A DNA stretch of 64,000 bases from contig NC_090404.1 of NCBI RefSeq assembly GCF_036365525.1, forward strand, positions 28,418,149 through 28,482,148, written 5' to 3'. This document shows positions 1-11,774 of the stretch, in pieces; position 1 is the first letter of the stretch; every line of letters begins with the position of its first letter. The notes beneath the pieces were generated by a model, which was not told the DNA's origin, did no database searches, and saw only the letters and a program-made list of their open reading frames with translations. The position numbers were made by a program, and so were the translations under genes. Source of the stretch: Heterodontus francisci. Taxonomy: Eukaryota.

Positions 1-303
1 CGGGTTCGATTCCGGGTACTGCCTGTGCGGAGTTTGCAAGTTCTCCCTGTGTCTGCGTGGGTTTTCTCCGGGTGCTCCGGTTTCCTCCCACAAGCCAAAA
101 GACTTGCAGGTTGGTAGGTAAATTGGCCATTATAAATTGTCACTAGTATAGGTAGGTGGTAGGGAAATACAGGGACAGGTGGGGATGTTTGGTAGGAATA
201 TGGGATTAGTGTAGGATTAGTATAAATGGGTGGTTGATGGTCGGCACAGACTCGGTGGGCTGAAGGGCCTGTTTCAGTGCTGTATCTCTAATCTAATCTA
301 ATC
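1..303 (+). mobile_element. tRNA-derived V-SINE (HE1-like) with CR1-type 3' tail, 5' end cut by window edge
   Basis: B-box GGTTCGATTCC at start, V-domain core GGGTGCTCCGGTTTCCTCCCACA, CR1-like tail GAAGGGCCTGTTTCAGTGCTGTATCTC and (TAATC)n end; near-identical reverse copies at 13272 and 41388. Confidence 0.9.
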
Positions 304-830
304 AAATGTAATGACGGAGTGTAAGCATTAAAAAGATAACAACCAATTGCTTGTAATGGTTCATAAAATAAGCAAGTCAAATACCAATGTGACTCATCTC
401 AGAATTTGAGATTGAATACACGGCAGGCAGATTCACCATCAAAATCCATCTGCAAATGCAACTGGTAATCACAAGTCTACAAGTCAGGTATACTGCGGAT
501 TACCTATGTGTGCAGGAATTCTTTTGGGCCTCCTTATCTCGAGAGACAATGGATACGCGCCTGGAGGTGGTCAGTGGTTTGTGAAGCAGCGCCTGGAGTG
601 GCTATAAAGGCCAATTCTGGAGTGACAGGCTCTTCCACAGGTGCTGCAGAGAAATTTGTTTGTTGGGGCTGTTGCACAGTTGGCTCTCCCCTTGCGCCTC
701 TGTCTTTTTTCCTGCCAACTACTAAGTCTCTTCGACTCGCCACAATTTAGCCCTGTCTCCCTGTCTTTATGTGTTTATGTGTGCAGGAATACACAGAGTC
801 ATAGTCACATGGACTGTCTGCACAATAACA
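301..830 (+). pseudogene. TCR V-segment pseudogene (TRAV/TRDV-like) with 23-RSS, interrupted by an RTE insertion
   Basis: 357-518 reads in one frame WFIK*ASQIPM*LISEFEIEYTAGRFTIKIHLQMQLVITSLQVRYTADYLCVQE (FR2 Trp, GRFT, FR3 Y-x-C). After the RTE insert: heptamer CACAGAG 792-798, exactly 23-bp spacer, nonamer ACAATAACA 822-830. Confidence 0.8.
520..775 (-). mobile_element. 5'-truncated RTE-clade LINE 3' end
   Basis: Reverse complement of the 48970-49207 RTE 3' end; 15-bp TSD TATGTGTGCAGGAAT at 505-519 and 776-790. Confidence 0.85.
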
Positions 831-1539
831 CAGCAGGTATCGAAATACTGTAAGGACACTGCATTCAGATGTGACATTTCGCTTCACAGTTGGCATTAAA
901 TAATTGCAGAGGAAGGAAGGAGGGAAGGAAAAAACAATTTAGCTTTTGCTTATTCTGTTATCTTATTTCCCTTGACTATTCTGAGTAATGTTGATATATG
1001 TGTGGCGTTCTCTTATTTGGATGTCCGAATGACACATATGGATTATCATTACTTTTTCACTTTGGAAGTAATTTGCCTCCCAGAGCCACACACGCCTGAA
1101 CTCCTGATCGTCATAGCTTCATTCTTCATGCAAATCACAGGATATTAAAGACCGAGTCTGTGTTCAGCCAAATGCCACTTCCTTATTGATCTCCTTCTCA
1201 GCTTTACTTTTCCTGGCATTTCAGGTGTCCTGCACTACAAGCCTGGGCCTTCTCATCGGCTTCTTAACATGTAAAAATGAATTCAGTATTCTCCAGCACA
1301 AAATTACACCTTCCTTCGTTTATTTCTGATTGTCTCAGATTTCAGATTAAAATTCAATTTCTCAGATAAAAGAAGTTAAGGTAATTGGCCAAAAAATGCC
1401 AGAGGGGAGATGAGCAGACGTTATTTTACTCAGCAAAACGTCATGATCTGGAATCCTGTTTTTCCTGTTGTACGTGCAAATTTTCACCTCCATAACCTTG
1501 CATGACTCAGCCCTTACCTCAGCTCGTCTGCTTTTGAAA

Positions 1540-1745
1540 CTCTCATCCTTGTCTTTGTTATATCCAAGACTTGACAATTCCAACACACTCCTGCTCAGCC
1601 TCCTATGTTCTAGCTTCTGTAAATTTGAGGTCTTTCAAAACTCTGCTGCCAATATCCTAATTCACATCCAGCCAATTCACACATCACCCCTGTGCTCATT
1701 GACCTACATTATCTCCCGGTTAAGCAACACCTCGATTTTAAGTTC
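1540..1745 (+). mobile_element. L2-clade LINE ORF2 fragment
   Basis: Translates to RLDNSNTLL...QNSAA...SPL, a degenerate L2 C-terminal motif; similar to 33113-33600. Confidence 0.6.
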
Positions 1746-3081
1746 TCATTATTGGAAGATGAGTTTGCAGAATGATTTCATGGCAATTTCCTGGAGCACT
1801 ATGTGGCGGATCAACTAGGAGTAAAGCTATCTTAAATTTAGCATTGTGCATGGGCAGGTTTAATTAGTGACCTCATAGTAAAAGGTCCTCAGGGAAAACA
1901 TGATCATGATACAATTGAATTCCATATTAATTTTGAAATTAATGTACTCCGGTCCCCAACAGATATCTTAAACATAAACAAGGCCAAATGCATATGCATG
2001 AGGACAGAACTGCCTAAGATTGATTGGATAAATGGACTAAAATGTATAGCAGTAAATAAACAGTGGGAAGCATTTAAAAGAAACAATTCAAAATGTTCAC
2101 CAAAAATATATTCCATTACAAGCAAAATCTCAGTAAGAGAAATCCATTTGTGGCTTATCAGGCATGTTAAGGGATATAAAAACAGACTGTAAGAGCTTTT
2201 GCAAGTACATAAAATGGAGGAGAGCAGCTAAAGTAAACTTCCTTCCTTCAAAGGCAGAGAGACGAGAAATTATCATTGAACACAAAAATTGTGTCTGCAT
2301 GCATAGTTGAAGAGACCAATTATTTAGCAGAAATATAGAGAAACCAAGGGGCTATTACGAGTAATGCACGTCAGGTAATTACTATCAGCAGAGAAAAAGC
2401 ACTAGAGAAGATTAAGGGACTAAAAGCTTACAAATCGCTAGGACTTGATGCACTGTATCCAAGGGTTAAAAAAGAGATAGCTGCATAGATAGTGCATACA
2501 CTTGCTGCGACTTTTCAAAATTCCCTTGATTCCAGAATGGTCCCAGCAGACTGGAAGTTAACAAATTTAATTGCTCTATTCAAGAAAGGAGAGTCAGAGA
2601 AAGCAGCGAACTGCAGACCAGTTATCCTGAATTCAGTCATCGACAAAGTGCTGGAATCATTTATTAAGGAAGACTTAAAAATGCCCTTAGAAAATCATAG
2701 TATGCGTCAGAGTCAATATGGTTTTACAAAAGAGAAATTGCGTCTGAAAATTTTATTTTAGTTTTTAAGGACTTAACTAGTAGGGTAGATAAAGGAGAAC
2801 TAGTAGATGTAGTATACTTGGATTTCTAAAAGACATTTGATAAGGTTCCACACAAAAGGTTAATATACAAGATAAGGGATCATGGAGTTGGGAGTATTAT
2901 AATATATTGACATAGATGGAGGATTGGTGAAGGAATAGGGAACAGAGAGTAGGGATAAAGTTGACATTTTCAAGGTGGCAGGCTGTAACAATTAAAGTGC
3001 CACGGGGATCACTGCAGGGGCTTCAGATATTTATGATCTATATTAGTGACTTAGATGAAGAGACCGAGAATGATGTCAAAG

Positions 3082-5430
3082 AGTCATAGAGTCATAGAGT
3101 TATACAGCACAGAAACAGGCCCTTCGGCCCATCGTGTCTGTGCCAGCCATCAAGCACCTAACTATTCTAATCCCATTTTCCAGCACTTGGTCCGTAGCCT
3201 TGTATGCTATGTGCTCATCTAAATACTTCTTAAATTTTATGTTCCATCCTCTACCACCTCTTGAGGCAATGTGTTCCAGATTCCAGCCATCCTCTGAGTG
3301 TAAACGAAAAATTGCTCAAATCCCCTTAACTTAAATCTATGCCCCATGTTTATTGACCCCACCGCTAAGGGAAAACATTTCTTTCTATCTAATCTATCAA
3401 TGCCCCTCATAATTTTGTATACCTCAATCATGTACCCCCTCAGCCTTGTCTGCTCTAAGGAAAACAACACCAGCCTTTTCAGTCTCTCTTCATAGTTGAA
3501 ATGCTCCAGCCCAGGCAGCATCCTCGTGAATCTCCTCTGCACCCTCTCCAGTGCAATCATATCCTTCCTATAGTGTGGTGCCCCGAGCTGTACACAGTAC
3601 TCCAGCTGTGCCTATCTAGCATTTTATACAGCTCCAGCATAACCTCCCTGCTCTTATATTCTATGCCACGGCTAATAAAGGCAAGTATCCCATATGCCTT
3701 CCTAACCACCTTATCTACCTGTGATGCTGCCTTCAGTGATCTATGGACAAGTACACCAAGGTCCCTCTGACCCTCTGTACTTCTTAGGCTCCTACCATCC
3801 ATTGTATATTCCCTTGCCTTGTTAGTCCTCCCAAAATGCATCACCTCACACTTCTCAGGATTAAATTAAATTTGCCACTGCTCCGCCCATCTTACCAGCC
3901 CATCTATATTATGGAGAATCCCAAGATTTTTTTATACGTATATAAAGAGCAAGAGGGTAGCCAGGGAAAGGGTTGACCCACTCAAGGGCAGAGGAGGGAA
4001 TCTATGCGTGGATCCAGAGGAAATGGGCGAGGTACTAAATGAGTACTTTGCATCAGTATTCACCAAAAAGAAGGATTTGGGGGTGATGAGTCTAGGGAAG
4101 GGAGTGTAGATAGTCTGGGTCATGTCGTTATCAAAAAGGAAGAGATGTTGGGCGTCTTGAAAAGCATTAAGGTAGATAAGTCCCCAGGGCCTGATGGGAT
4201 TCACCCCAGAATGCTGAGGGAAGCAAGGGAGGAAATTGCTGGGGCCCTGACAGAAATCTTTGCATCCTCATTGGCTACAGGTGAGGTCCCAGAGGACTGG
4301 AGAATAGCCAATGTTGTTCCCTTATTTAAGAAGGGTAGCAAGGATAATCCAGGAAATTATAGGCCGGTGAGCCCGCAGGGATCAGTGCTGGGACCTTTGC
4401 TGCTTGTAGTATATATAAATGATTTGGAGGAAAATGTAGCAGGTTTGATTAAAAAGTTTGCAGATGACACAAAGGTTGGTGGAGTTGCAGATAGTGTTGA
4501 GGATTGTCAGAGTATACAGCAGGATATAGAGCGGTTGGAGACTTGGGCGGAGAAATGGCAGATGAAGTTTAATCCGGACAAATGTGAGGTAATGCATTTT
4601 GGAAGATCTAATACAGGTGGGAAGCATACAGTAAATGGCAGAACCCTTAGGAGTATTGACAGGCAGAGAGATCTGGGCGTACAGGCCCACAGATCACTGA
4701 AAGTGGCAACGCAGGTGGATAAGGTAGTCAAGAAGGCATACAGCATGCTTGCCTTCATCGGTCGGGGCACAGAGTATAAAAATTGGCAAGTCATGCTGCA
4801 GTTGTACAGAACCTTAGTTAGGCCACACTTGGAATATTGCGTGCAATTCTGGTCGCCACACTACCAGAAGGATGTGGAGGCTTTGGAGAGGGTACAGAAG
4901 AGGTTTACCAGGATATTGCCTGGTCTGGAGGGTATTAGCTATGAGGAGAGGTTGGATAAACTCGGATTGTTTTCACAGGAGCGACGGAGGTGGAGGGGCG
5001 ACATGATAGAGGTTTACAAAGTTATGAGTGTCATGGACAGAGTGGATAGTCAGAAGCTATTTTTCCCAAGGTGGAAGAGTCAGTTACTAGGGGACGTAGG
5101 TTTAAGGTGCGAGGGGCAAAGTTTAGAGGAGATGTGCGAAGCAAGTTTTTTACACAGAGGGTGGTGAGTGCCTGGAACTTGCTGCCGGCCGAGGTGGTGG
5201 AAGCAGGTACGATCGTGACGTTTAAGTGACATCTTGACAAATACATGAATATAATGGGAATAGAGGGATATGGTGCCTGGAAGTGCAGAAGGTTTTAGTT
5301 TAGATAGACAACAAGATTGGCGCAGGCTTGGAGGGCCGAATGGCCTGTTCCAGTGCTGTACTGTTCTTTGTTCTATACTGTCCTGTAATCTAAGGCTTTC
5401 CTCCTCACTATTTATGACACCACATCTACG
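3082..5430 (-). mobile_element. CR1 LINE 3' fragment (3082-3910 and 5373-5430)
   Basis: Minus-strand ORFs MIALERVQRRFTRMLPG and RDLGVLVHRSLK; microsatellite tail at about 3082. Confidence 0.85.
3911..5372 (+). mobile_element. Young CR1 LINE 3' part with in-frame internal RT deletion
   Basis: ORF 4145-5167: KSPGPDGIHP, NYRPVS joined directly to PQGSVLGP, FADD, RPHLEYCVQFWSP; 3' tail to about 5372. Confidence 0.92.
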
Positions 5431-6369
5431 GACGTACTGATCATACGTCCTATATTCTCGTTGAAGATGAATCAAAGTTTGCTGACGATAAAAGTTATAA
5501 GCTGTGAGGAGGGAACTAAGAGACTCTAAATAGATATAGACAATTACGTGTATGAACGACAAGGTGGAAGATAGAGTACAATGTGGGGAAGTGTGAGGTT
5601 CCTACACTTCGTTCGCATGAAAAGAAAAGCATAATATTTTCCTTCGAGGCAAGAGACATTAAAATGTTGATGTTCAGAGAAACCTGGATACAAGGAACAT
5701 GGACGGTTAGAAAGCAGATACATAAGGCAATTGGGAAGGAAAATTGTATGTTGATCTTTATTGCACTGGAGTACAAGAAAAAGTAAGTTTGCTACAATTG
5801 CATAGAGCTTTGATGAGACCACACCTGGATTACTGTGTGGAATTTTGGCCTCCATATCTAAGGCTGGATATATTTGCTTTAGATGTGGTACAGCAAAGGT
5901 TCACCCATTTGGTTTCTTGGATGAGAGGGTTCTCTTATGATGACAGGCTAAGTACATTGGTCCTGTATCCTCTGGAGTTTAGAAGAATGAAAGGTGATCT
6001 CATTGACATATACAAGGTTCCGAAGGGGTCTGACAGTGTATATGCCAACCGGTTGTTTCCCCTTGCTGGAGAAACTCGAAAACGTGGACACCAGCTCACA
6101 AGAATGGGCCGATCATTTAGCATTGAGATGCGGGGAAATTTCTTCACTCAAACGGTTGTGAACCTTTGGAATTCTCCACTCGGGCATGTTCCTAACTGAG
6201 ATCGATAGATTTTTGATCTCTCAGGTAATCAAGGGAAATGGGGAACGGGCAGGAAAGTGGAGATGAGGTAAATGATCAGGCACGATCGTGCTGCCTAGTG
6301 GAACAGGCTCGAAGGGTCGTATGGCCTACTCCTGCTCCTATTTGTCATGTTCTTATGTGGGTTTTTTTC

Positions 6370-6605
6370 ACATCTCTCCATTGCCTCGCTGCTCCCTATC
6401 TCTGTAATTTCGTCCAAACCCACAACCCTCCATGATATCAGCATTCATCTAATTCTATCCTCCTAAACATTCCGATTTCAATCTCTCTAGCATCATTGGC
6501 CGTCCCTTCTGGCCCTAAGCTCTGGAACTCGCCTCATAAACTGCACCGCATCTCCACCACTTTAAACCTACCGTTTTGATCAAGATTTTGGTCACCTGCC
6601 ATCAT
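6370..6605 (+). mobile_element. L2 LINE 3' fragment
   Basis: Homologous to reverse complement of 33113-33400 (CCCTATCTCTGTAA...CTCTGGAACTC...TTTTGGTCACCTG). Confidence 0.65.
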
Positions 6606-6616
6606 AACTGTTCACG

Positions 6617-7010
6617 TGTCAGCCGCGGATGAACTGGTAGAACTGTCGCCACAGAGTCAGCAGTTTCTGAGTTTAATTCCCATTCCAGCGCTTGATTTCA
6701 ACAACCAACGCTGATACTCTAGTGCTTTCCAGATGGTGTGCTGTGCCGCCTTGTGGTTGAGACGTTAAACCGAGGCCCCATCTACCCTCTCGGGTGGTGG
6801 TAAAAGATCTTATGACATTATCTTGAAAGAAGAGTAGCGGAGTTGTCCCCAGTGGCCTGATCCATATTTATGTCTCAACCAACATCACAAAAAAGAGACT
6901 ATTTGGTTCTTATCAGACGACTGTTTGTAGGAGATTGTTGTGTGCAAATGGCAGCCACATTTCTTATATTACAACAGTGACTACACTTCAAAAGCACTTC
7001 ATTGAAATTT
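6617..7010 (+). mobile_element. Deu-domain SINE (SacSINE1/AmnSINE1-like)
   Basis: Degenerate tRNA head, Deu core GAGACGTTAAACCGAGGCCCC...CTCTCGGGTGG, tail TTACAACAGTGACTACACTTCAAAAG. Confidence 0.75.
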
Positions 7011-9158
7011 CCAAAAGTGGTTATTGACTTTTGATGGGCATTGGTAATAAAGGATGAGGAATTAAGATGAGTAAATGTAGTTAAGATACAAGTCAACCAT
7101 GATGCAACTGAATGAGGGAACATGTTTGTGAATCTGAATGACCGCCTCCTGTTCCTATGTTTTTTTCCCCCAGTTGTATTTGAGCGGTCTAGTGTTAAGT
7201 ATGAGTCATCATCAGCCAAAGCCTTCATAGATTAGAACGGCCCATACACGGTGTGCAGCAGGTCAATTTCCTTCGTTTCAGCTGAAAAAAACACCATTCT
7301 ATAGTGAATCAAAATCAATCTCTGAAGTCTAACCACAGAGGTATGCATTATCAGACGAGCCACCTGGGCCACTGCAAACTGTAATATGGAAGTACTTACT
7401 CTCGTCCTACTTCCCTCTGTACTACAATATATCCTTTGTTTTTACCTCACCATTAAAGCTGCCCCTTGCGACAATTTATTCCACATTCTAACCAGATTTC
7501 GCCTGATGTAACACTGCACCTCACCTTCATGCATCTGATACTAAGTATAATGCTATACTCCCTTGTTATCGATGACACAAGAAGTTCAGTAATGTACAGT
7601 AATATTTTGTTTAAGATAAAACGTTCGTCTATTTACTTATACATCGCAAATGTCCCCTGAGCTTTCTTGTGGTGATTCTAAATCAAATAGTCCGTATCTC
7701 GTTTTGCAACATAAATTATTCCCCTTTTTATAAACATTATCATACTTTTTTTTTCTTTCAACTCCATCACTCAACGTTGGCTACATGCCCGCAATAACTC
7801 AATTTTATTAAACAATGCTACTAAAAATTCACACTTCCGTTCAACATCCTTAACATTCACCGTTGTCGCCGTGTCATCTAACCCTGCAACACACACAAGT
7901 GGTTCTCACAGTAGCTACAATTTTAAAGATGTCTACCAAGACTTTGCTGCTCATACTTTTTTACTATATGCCCTCTAAAAGTTTATTTTAACATCGATCA
8001 CTAGAATTAATTAACTTTGTTCGTAAAAAAAAAGCCTTAACGTTTGATATTTCTCATCAAAACTCCGTCTCTTTGCCTGTTTCGTTCTTAATTAATCTAC
8101 TTCACATTTTTTCTATGATTTCAAAACATTTTTACAATTAGGTCATTGAAATGAACTGAGCACTTGAAATGTGGCGACACCAGTGTTGTGCAGATTCTGC
8201 ATCATCTCCTATTCATCGCTGGCATCGTCATTTCCGTTCTCGAATTGCTCTGTTTTCCATTCAGTCCTATTTCTGTCTCGAGTCAGTTGGAGATTAGAAG
8301 CTGCCGTTGGAACCGAAAGTGCACCTGTATCGTGCTGACATTCCTTGGACCACAACTGTCACCCCCAATTTACAACAGCAGCAGGAAGCTCCACCTCACG
8401 AGATGGCTTTAACATAACCTCAACGGTTAAAAATGTTAACTGTGTATATTTTATCAGGGAAACTTTATCACGTTGAAAGTGACAAAGTGAGCATTTCATT
8501 CATTGCGGATATTATTTAACAGGTAACTAATACAGAGAGGAAGTGGCATACAAAAATTCTTCCTGCTGAGCAGGTGGCACCTGAAAATAAAACAGAATTA
8601 TCCAAAGGGATGGATGAGGTTTCCCTTGTTTATTTACTGATCATCTAGGACCCGAAAATTTCTGGTGCGTCCCATGGACCTAACACCGAGAATAAAATGT
8701 TCAATATTTACACAATATTTCCTCCAAGTTACCACTTTCTGCTACGTTCAATGGTGTGCTTTCATATACAGAAGACATTAGCGAATCTTAATGTATCATT
8801 TGAAATAAGCCAACCGTATTTTTTTCCCCGTGTTGGTAATTTCAGCAGGTCCACACACACCTACACCCAGAGCGAACATGATATTGTAAGTTGATGCCAT
8901 AAAATTAATTTATTTTTCCTTCTAAATAAAATTGTTGCCCTGTTTGGACTTTAAATGGTTGCGGTTTGTGCCATTGGAATACTGACCTGGTCACTGACTG
9001 AAGACTGCCGCCCGTGCTTTGCACCAAAGACTGAACATTACAGTACGTGCGTGGGCAGAATGCAAGGACACACCCACCCTCAAAACAGGTTGTTTCAGCG
9101 GCCAATTCCTGCCAGTTCCCAAAGGTTACAAAGTGAATATACACACGGCGGAGCAGCC

Positions 9159-9603
9159 ATGTGGTTAATTGGTATCTGTGTTATGTTTGGAGCAATTATA
9201 ACAGGTAATTATTCCAGGACATGATTTTGGGCCAAATGTGAACAGCTCTGAATGTTAAAACATGGTTTAGATTTTGACTTTGGTTTCCATTTAATGCAGG
9301 TCTGAGTCAGGAAATCCCTGTTGCACAGCGGCTTCCGACAGCGATTATGACGGAAGGAAACATTATAACTTTAGACTGCATCTATTTCACTACCAAGAGT
9401 TCCTACAGCTTACTGTGGGTCCGGCAATATCCCGGCACAGAACTGGAGATTCTACTTCGCAAGTTTTCAGGTGGTCACCAAATTAAAGCAGATTTTGCTC
9501 GCAGCCGTTTCTCCTCTGCTCTGGACACCTCGAATGCCATATTCAGCTTAACAGTGTCCAAACTGCAGCCCGCTGATGCGGCTATGTATTACTGTGCGCT
9601 ACT
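9159..9603 (+). CDS. TRDV: TCR delta/alpha V gene segment, apparently functional (leader exon 9159-9204, intron 9205-9299, V exon 9300-9603)
   Basis: Leader MWLIGICVMFGAIIT-G with phase-1 GT..AG intron; V domain ...TLDC...LWVRQYPG...ADFARSRFS...DAAMYYCA, no stops; followed by 23-RSS. Delta versus alpha is an inference. Confidence 0.9.
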
Positions 9604-9642
9604 CACAGCGGTAGGAGTCAGTTAGACCCTCGTACAATAACT
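9604..9642 (+). other. 23-bp-spacer recombination signal sequence
   Basis: CACAGCG + 23 bp + ACAATAACT immediately after YYCAL. Confidence 0.92.
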
Positions 9643-9744
9643 AGCTGGGCCTTTGTGCTCTGGAGATAATCTATATTTGGGGCTGTGCAGGCTTGCAGTG
9701 AGAAGAAACAGTACATAGCATACGGCATGATGTGAGGGTCACAG

Positions 9745-9838
9745 GAAAAATAAAGATATACTACAGCTATTAAGAAAAATAGAGACATACTACAGCGATT
9801 AAGAAAAATAGAGACATACTACAGCGATTAAGAAAAAT
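9745..9838. repeat. 29-bp tandem repeat, about 3 copies
   Basis: Unit GAAAAATAGAGACATACTACAGCGATTAA. Confidence 0.9.
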
Positions 9839-11774
9839 TTGGACTGAAAATCGCCCCAAAATCACCAGCGGCCCAACAACTGTCGCTGACTTGTGGAAAG
9901 GATTGAGTTTGATTTCCTTCCTGGTTAGCGATACAAACATAAAATTAATATTTCTTATGCCATATTGCTAGCGAAAAGGTAATAAAAAAAGTCTCAATGC
10001 AATAAAACGGTTCATTTTATATTAAATTCTTCTTTTTATTTACTTTTTCCTTTTGTCTATTAGGTGAGTTTCTGTGAGCAACGTGCAGTTCTCCAGTTTA
10101 AATTAAATGGAATTCTAGGAAGAGACTGCCTTTGCTAAAAAGGAAGATCAGCAGAACCAAAGTCAGATTTTCTCTGTTGGATGGCTGCTTCGTGCACCAT
10201 CGCTCTTTTAGCAGTTAGCTAGGTGACATCTCTATCAACATGTGTTGGCCTGCATGTCAATAAGATATAACTTCGGAGAATGCCTCCTCTGAGGACAGAT
10301 GTGTAAGGAATGAGGAATGTCCCTGTTGGGCGCGGTCGCTCTCTGTAACTAACTCCACTTAAATGAGTTGACTGGCAGTTCAGTCAAAGTGAAGGCTTGG
10401 GGAGAGATCCTTGTTAAAACTAAAGTTTTGAAGGGAATGCCATGCAACATGTGATGCATAGCAGGGTAGAAAGAATGATTTGGAGAGCAGGTGTTAGGAC
10501 AAATGGTTTAGAATTCGAGGAAGCTTTGAAACTACACATGATCGAAGGAAACTGCAAAGAGTATATGAAACCATAATCTACAGGGTGTTTTGATGTTAAT
10601 GCTGTTAATGTTGTTAATGCTGTGTTATTATTCATGATATCGCTCAGCAACGACCGAAAAATGTTTCAACGAGTTGGAAAATTGAATTGAACGATGTGAC
10701 ACAGAAGATGACGGTGATTTTGAAGCCCATAAATTTGAAATCTATTGTTTTAAAACATTGTGAATTATGTTTACAGAAGTAGTTTACAGATTTCTTCTGT
10801 CATATCTACGCCCAAACTGATTCAAGTTTAAATTTTCACAAGGGCTTGATAAACACTCTGCATATGTGTCATTGTTATGAATCTTTATTTATGTATACTT
10901 AATAGCTATGATTGCCAATAAATACCTTTGAACCTTACTATATTGTGGAATAACAAATAGACTTATAAGTAAGAAGACCCATTCCTTAAAATTGCTATAG
11001 ATTAATAAAAGGAGATATCTGTCATCTCTGTCATGTCTCACAAAAGGTAGTAAAAGGGAACATCTCCCGTACATCATCACTTCACTTCTCCTCTGAGCAA
11101 CAAAAACGAGCCAAGGAAGAGGAAATTCAGGTCGGTATGTCCATCCACTGAGAGCAGAGCCCGGTAATGTCCTTATAATAAATTAATGGCAGGAAAACCT
11201 GGAGATGGGCAGTCATTATGGGACTGTAATTTCCTACGTCCAAACTTCCTGTGTGTTTCACACCCAGGCGATGCTTCTAATCCGGGTGGTGACTGCAAAA
11301 ATTCAGCTTTGCTTTCCAGTGCTTCTGGAACTACAGAATAAAGTATGAGCTTAACTCTTAAATATTTGCTTCCAGCAAGCAAATCGGGTTCACATATTGG
11401 GTTAAAGACGATTATTTAGACTTTTAACCTGTATGATAATGAAACTTCCAAAATTAAAGAAGATTCCCTGCATGCAATCTCATCCTTCCTCAAAAAAGAA
11501 ATCAGCTACAGAGCAGGCTTTATAGTGCTCTAGCCACGCCACCTTGACACACAAATTATTTCACAGAGCATTACTGTTTGAGGAAAGTTCTCTCTATCTG
11601 CTGGTTGAATTAATTTCTCGGACGGAAGTCCATCCCAAACTGACCGGATGAACCAGTGAACCTGGGCCTATAGAACCGTCTCTAATTCAGCACAAACTCA
11701 CACCGACTCCCCTCACTTGCATGAACACACAAATGAGGGAAAATAATACTAACATGTTTGCTTTTCAAATTTAG

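Larger units (their letters stand above)
1760..6360 (+). mobile_element. Old CR1 LINE ORF2 remnant (1760-3075 and 5470-6360) split by younger CR1 insertions
   Basis: WKLTNLIALFKKG...NCRPV, RPHLDYCVEFWPPY, CR1 3' UTR ending near 6360; many stops. Confidence 0.85.

Noticed and set aside
1128-1290. Octamer ATGCAAAT, acceptor CAG|GTGTCC and KPG.S.RL(fs)TCK suggesting an IgH V relic
   Set aside because: No FR2 Trp, no YYC, no RSS; match too short to exclude chance
4145-5167. Functional reverse transcriptase gene
   Set aside because: 5'-truncated CR1 with central RT subdomains deleted and a C-terminal frameshift
11173-11382. Minus-strand ORF with LQSPPGLEASPG resembling V FR1
   Set aside because: No conserved Cys/Trp spacing, FR3 or RSS
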